Shown here: positions 62,340 through 64,000 of the stretch, piece after piece | Layout of the letters: each line of letters begins with the position of its first letter | Numbering within the stretch: position 1 is the stretch's first letter | Assembly (NCBI GenBank): GCA_964016885.1 | Contig: OZ024740.1 | Coordinates: 93,620,001-93,684,000, forward strand | DNA length: 64,000 nucleotides | DNA from: Eledone cirrhosa | Lineage: Eukaryota | Direction of reading: 5' to 3' | Notes under the pieces: model-generated | What the model was told of the DNA's origin: nothing | What the model saw: the letters and a program-made list of their open reading frames with translations, nothing else | The model's database searches: none | Translations under genes and position numbers: made by a program

Positions 62340-62892
62340 TGTGTGTATGGGTGCGCGCGAGTGTGTGAGTGAGTGTGTTTGTGAATGTGTCTGTTGATTT
62401 TTGCCATATAGTAGAATAGTTTAAGAGAAATTTGAAGATAATTGTATGATATGCACTCAATATTTTGAATTTGTCTACAGAATTCTCTAAACCTTTGTCA
62501 CTTAGTAGAACCTTAAAGAATTTAGCTTTTAAATAATCTCCCTTTCCTTTAAATCTATCAACCACGACTGACCCCCACTGATCTTATAGGCACATGCTAG
62601 CTTAAGAGAAACTTAATAATAAGGAGTGGCACCCCATCCTGAACCTGTTTATAGAATTATTCCTGCCTTTGTTACTCTAAAAATAAAAATAATCTGTAGC
62701 TTTGTAGAATTTGCTTTTAATGAATTCCCTTTTCTATCAACCAATTACCTACACCCATCTCACTCCCCACCCTCTCCTACCACTTGAAGAGACCTATAAA
62801 TACCATACTTATTTTTTGATACCCAGATTCCTGATGATTTCTAAACAATGGAACAGTTCTAGTCCTATAGAATCTCATCTATATTAAAACTA
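62340..62892 (+). repeat. pLTR-like repeat, homologous (reverse complement) to 46120-46480
   Basis: Shared sequence, also visible as the similar ORFs 46225-46650 and 62221-62565, with a terminal HHR motif. Confidence 0.8.
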
Positions 62893-63328
62893 TATATATA
62901 TATACAGTGAGAGAGAGAGATAAAGATTGAGGGAGTGAAAGAAATAAAGGAAAATAGAGAGATATGATGAGTGAGAGCAACAGAGAGTTATTAAAATAGA
63001 AAAGTAGATATGTTCATATAGATGTGTGTATATATTTGAGTGCTAGCTTTTCATTTGAAATCACTATTTGTTTGGGCATTACGTGTAGGAACTATACCAA
63101 AATTAAATGATGTGCTACATAGAGAATAATTTTGAACGAACGAATCCATTTTTGGTGTTTTCAAGTAAAAAAGGCGATGGGAGAGTTAAATAATATAACC
63201 TGCAACGAGGTATGCGTATCTAAACAAAATGGCGTGCTGTTGTCCCATGTGTATGTGTTTGATGTGTAGATGAGATTCTATAGGACTAGAAGTTTGTCCC
63301 ATGTGTATGTGTGTAATAGAGTGGATAT

Positions 63329-63399
<71 letters not shown>

Positions 63400-63424
63400 T
63401 ATATATATATGTTTATATATGTAC

Positions 63425-63518
<94 letters not shown>

Positions 63519-63541
63519 GCATATATATATATGTTTATATA

Positions 63542-63578
<37 letters not shown>

Positions 63579-63958
63579 GCATTTGAAAACATGTCAATGT
63601 GTGTATGCTAGTAATACATGGTATTGCTGCCTTCATAGCTACATCTTTTTTTATTATTATTTTTTTATAATATTTATTCGTTTTCTTTCATCTTGCTTGA
63701 GAGTTGCCGCCCATTTAGAAAACAGGTTTTCCGCTACCCTCTTAAGAGATCAATATTTTACAATATTTTTGTTGATACTTTTGGCTGATTTTGTTTGACT
63801 ACTCTCTCAAACGTCTCTTGTTAATCAAAACAATAGAAGAAAAAAATAAAGATCTTAAAACTAAAAATATATTTGTTGTTTCCTTTAGTGTACACATATC
63901 GAATAACTACATCTTAATACACCCCCAGCTACACATAACTGTAAATGATCCTACAACA

Positions 63959-64000
<42 letters not shown>

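Overview
This is AT-rich animal genomic DNA saturated with (TA)n, (CA)n and (GA)n microsatellites. The repeat landscape resembles cephalopod (octopus-type) genomes, which is an inference. I can identify no host gene with confidence. The window is a dense nest of Penelope-like retroelements (PLEs). One copy is intact (1208-aa RT + GIY-YIG ORF at 47614-51240, flanked by direct pseudo-LTRs), about ten are decayed or truncated, and several short pseudo-LTR-only insertions form inverted pairs. It also holds a Ty3/gypsy remnant, a decayed CR1/L2-type LINE and a tRNA-derived SINE. The main signal is in the RNA. Reading both strands by eye shows about a dozen unrelated families of type I hammerhead ribozyme (HHR) motifs, including natural core variants (U3-A8, U4C, no stem II). 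Two non-coding tandem arrays carry one HHR per monomer and look like retrozymes, templates for self-cleaving RNAs that may circularise. One has 466-bp units in two divergent arms at 56940-60688, and the other has ~522-bp units at 19820-21651. Most ORFs in the supplied track are microsatellite artefacts. All folds were assigned by manual base-pair inspection, not by computation.
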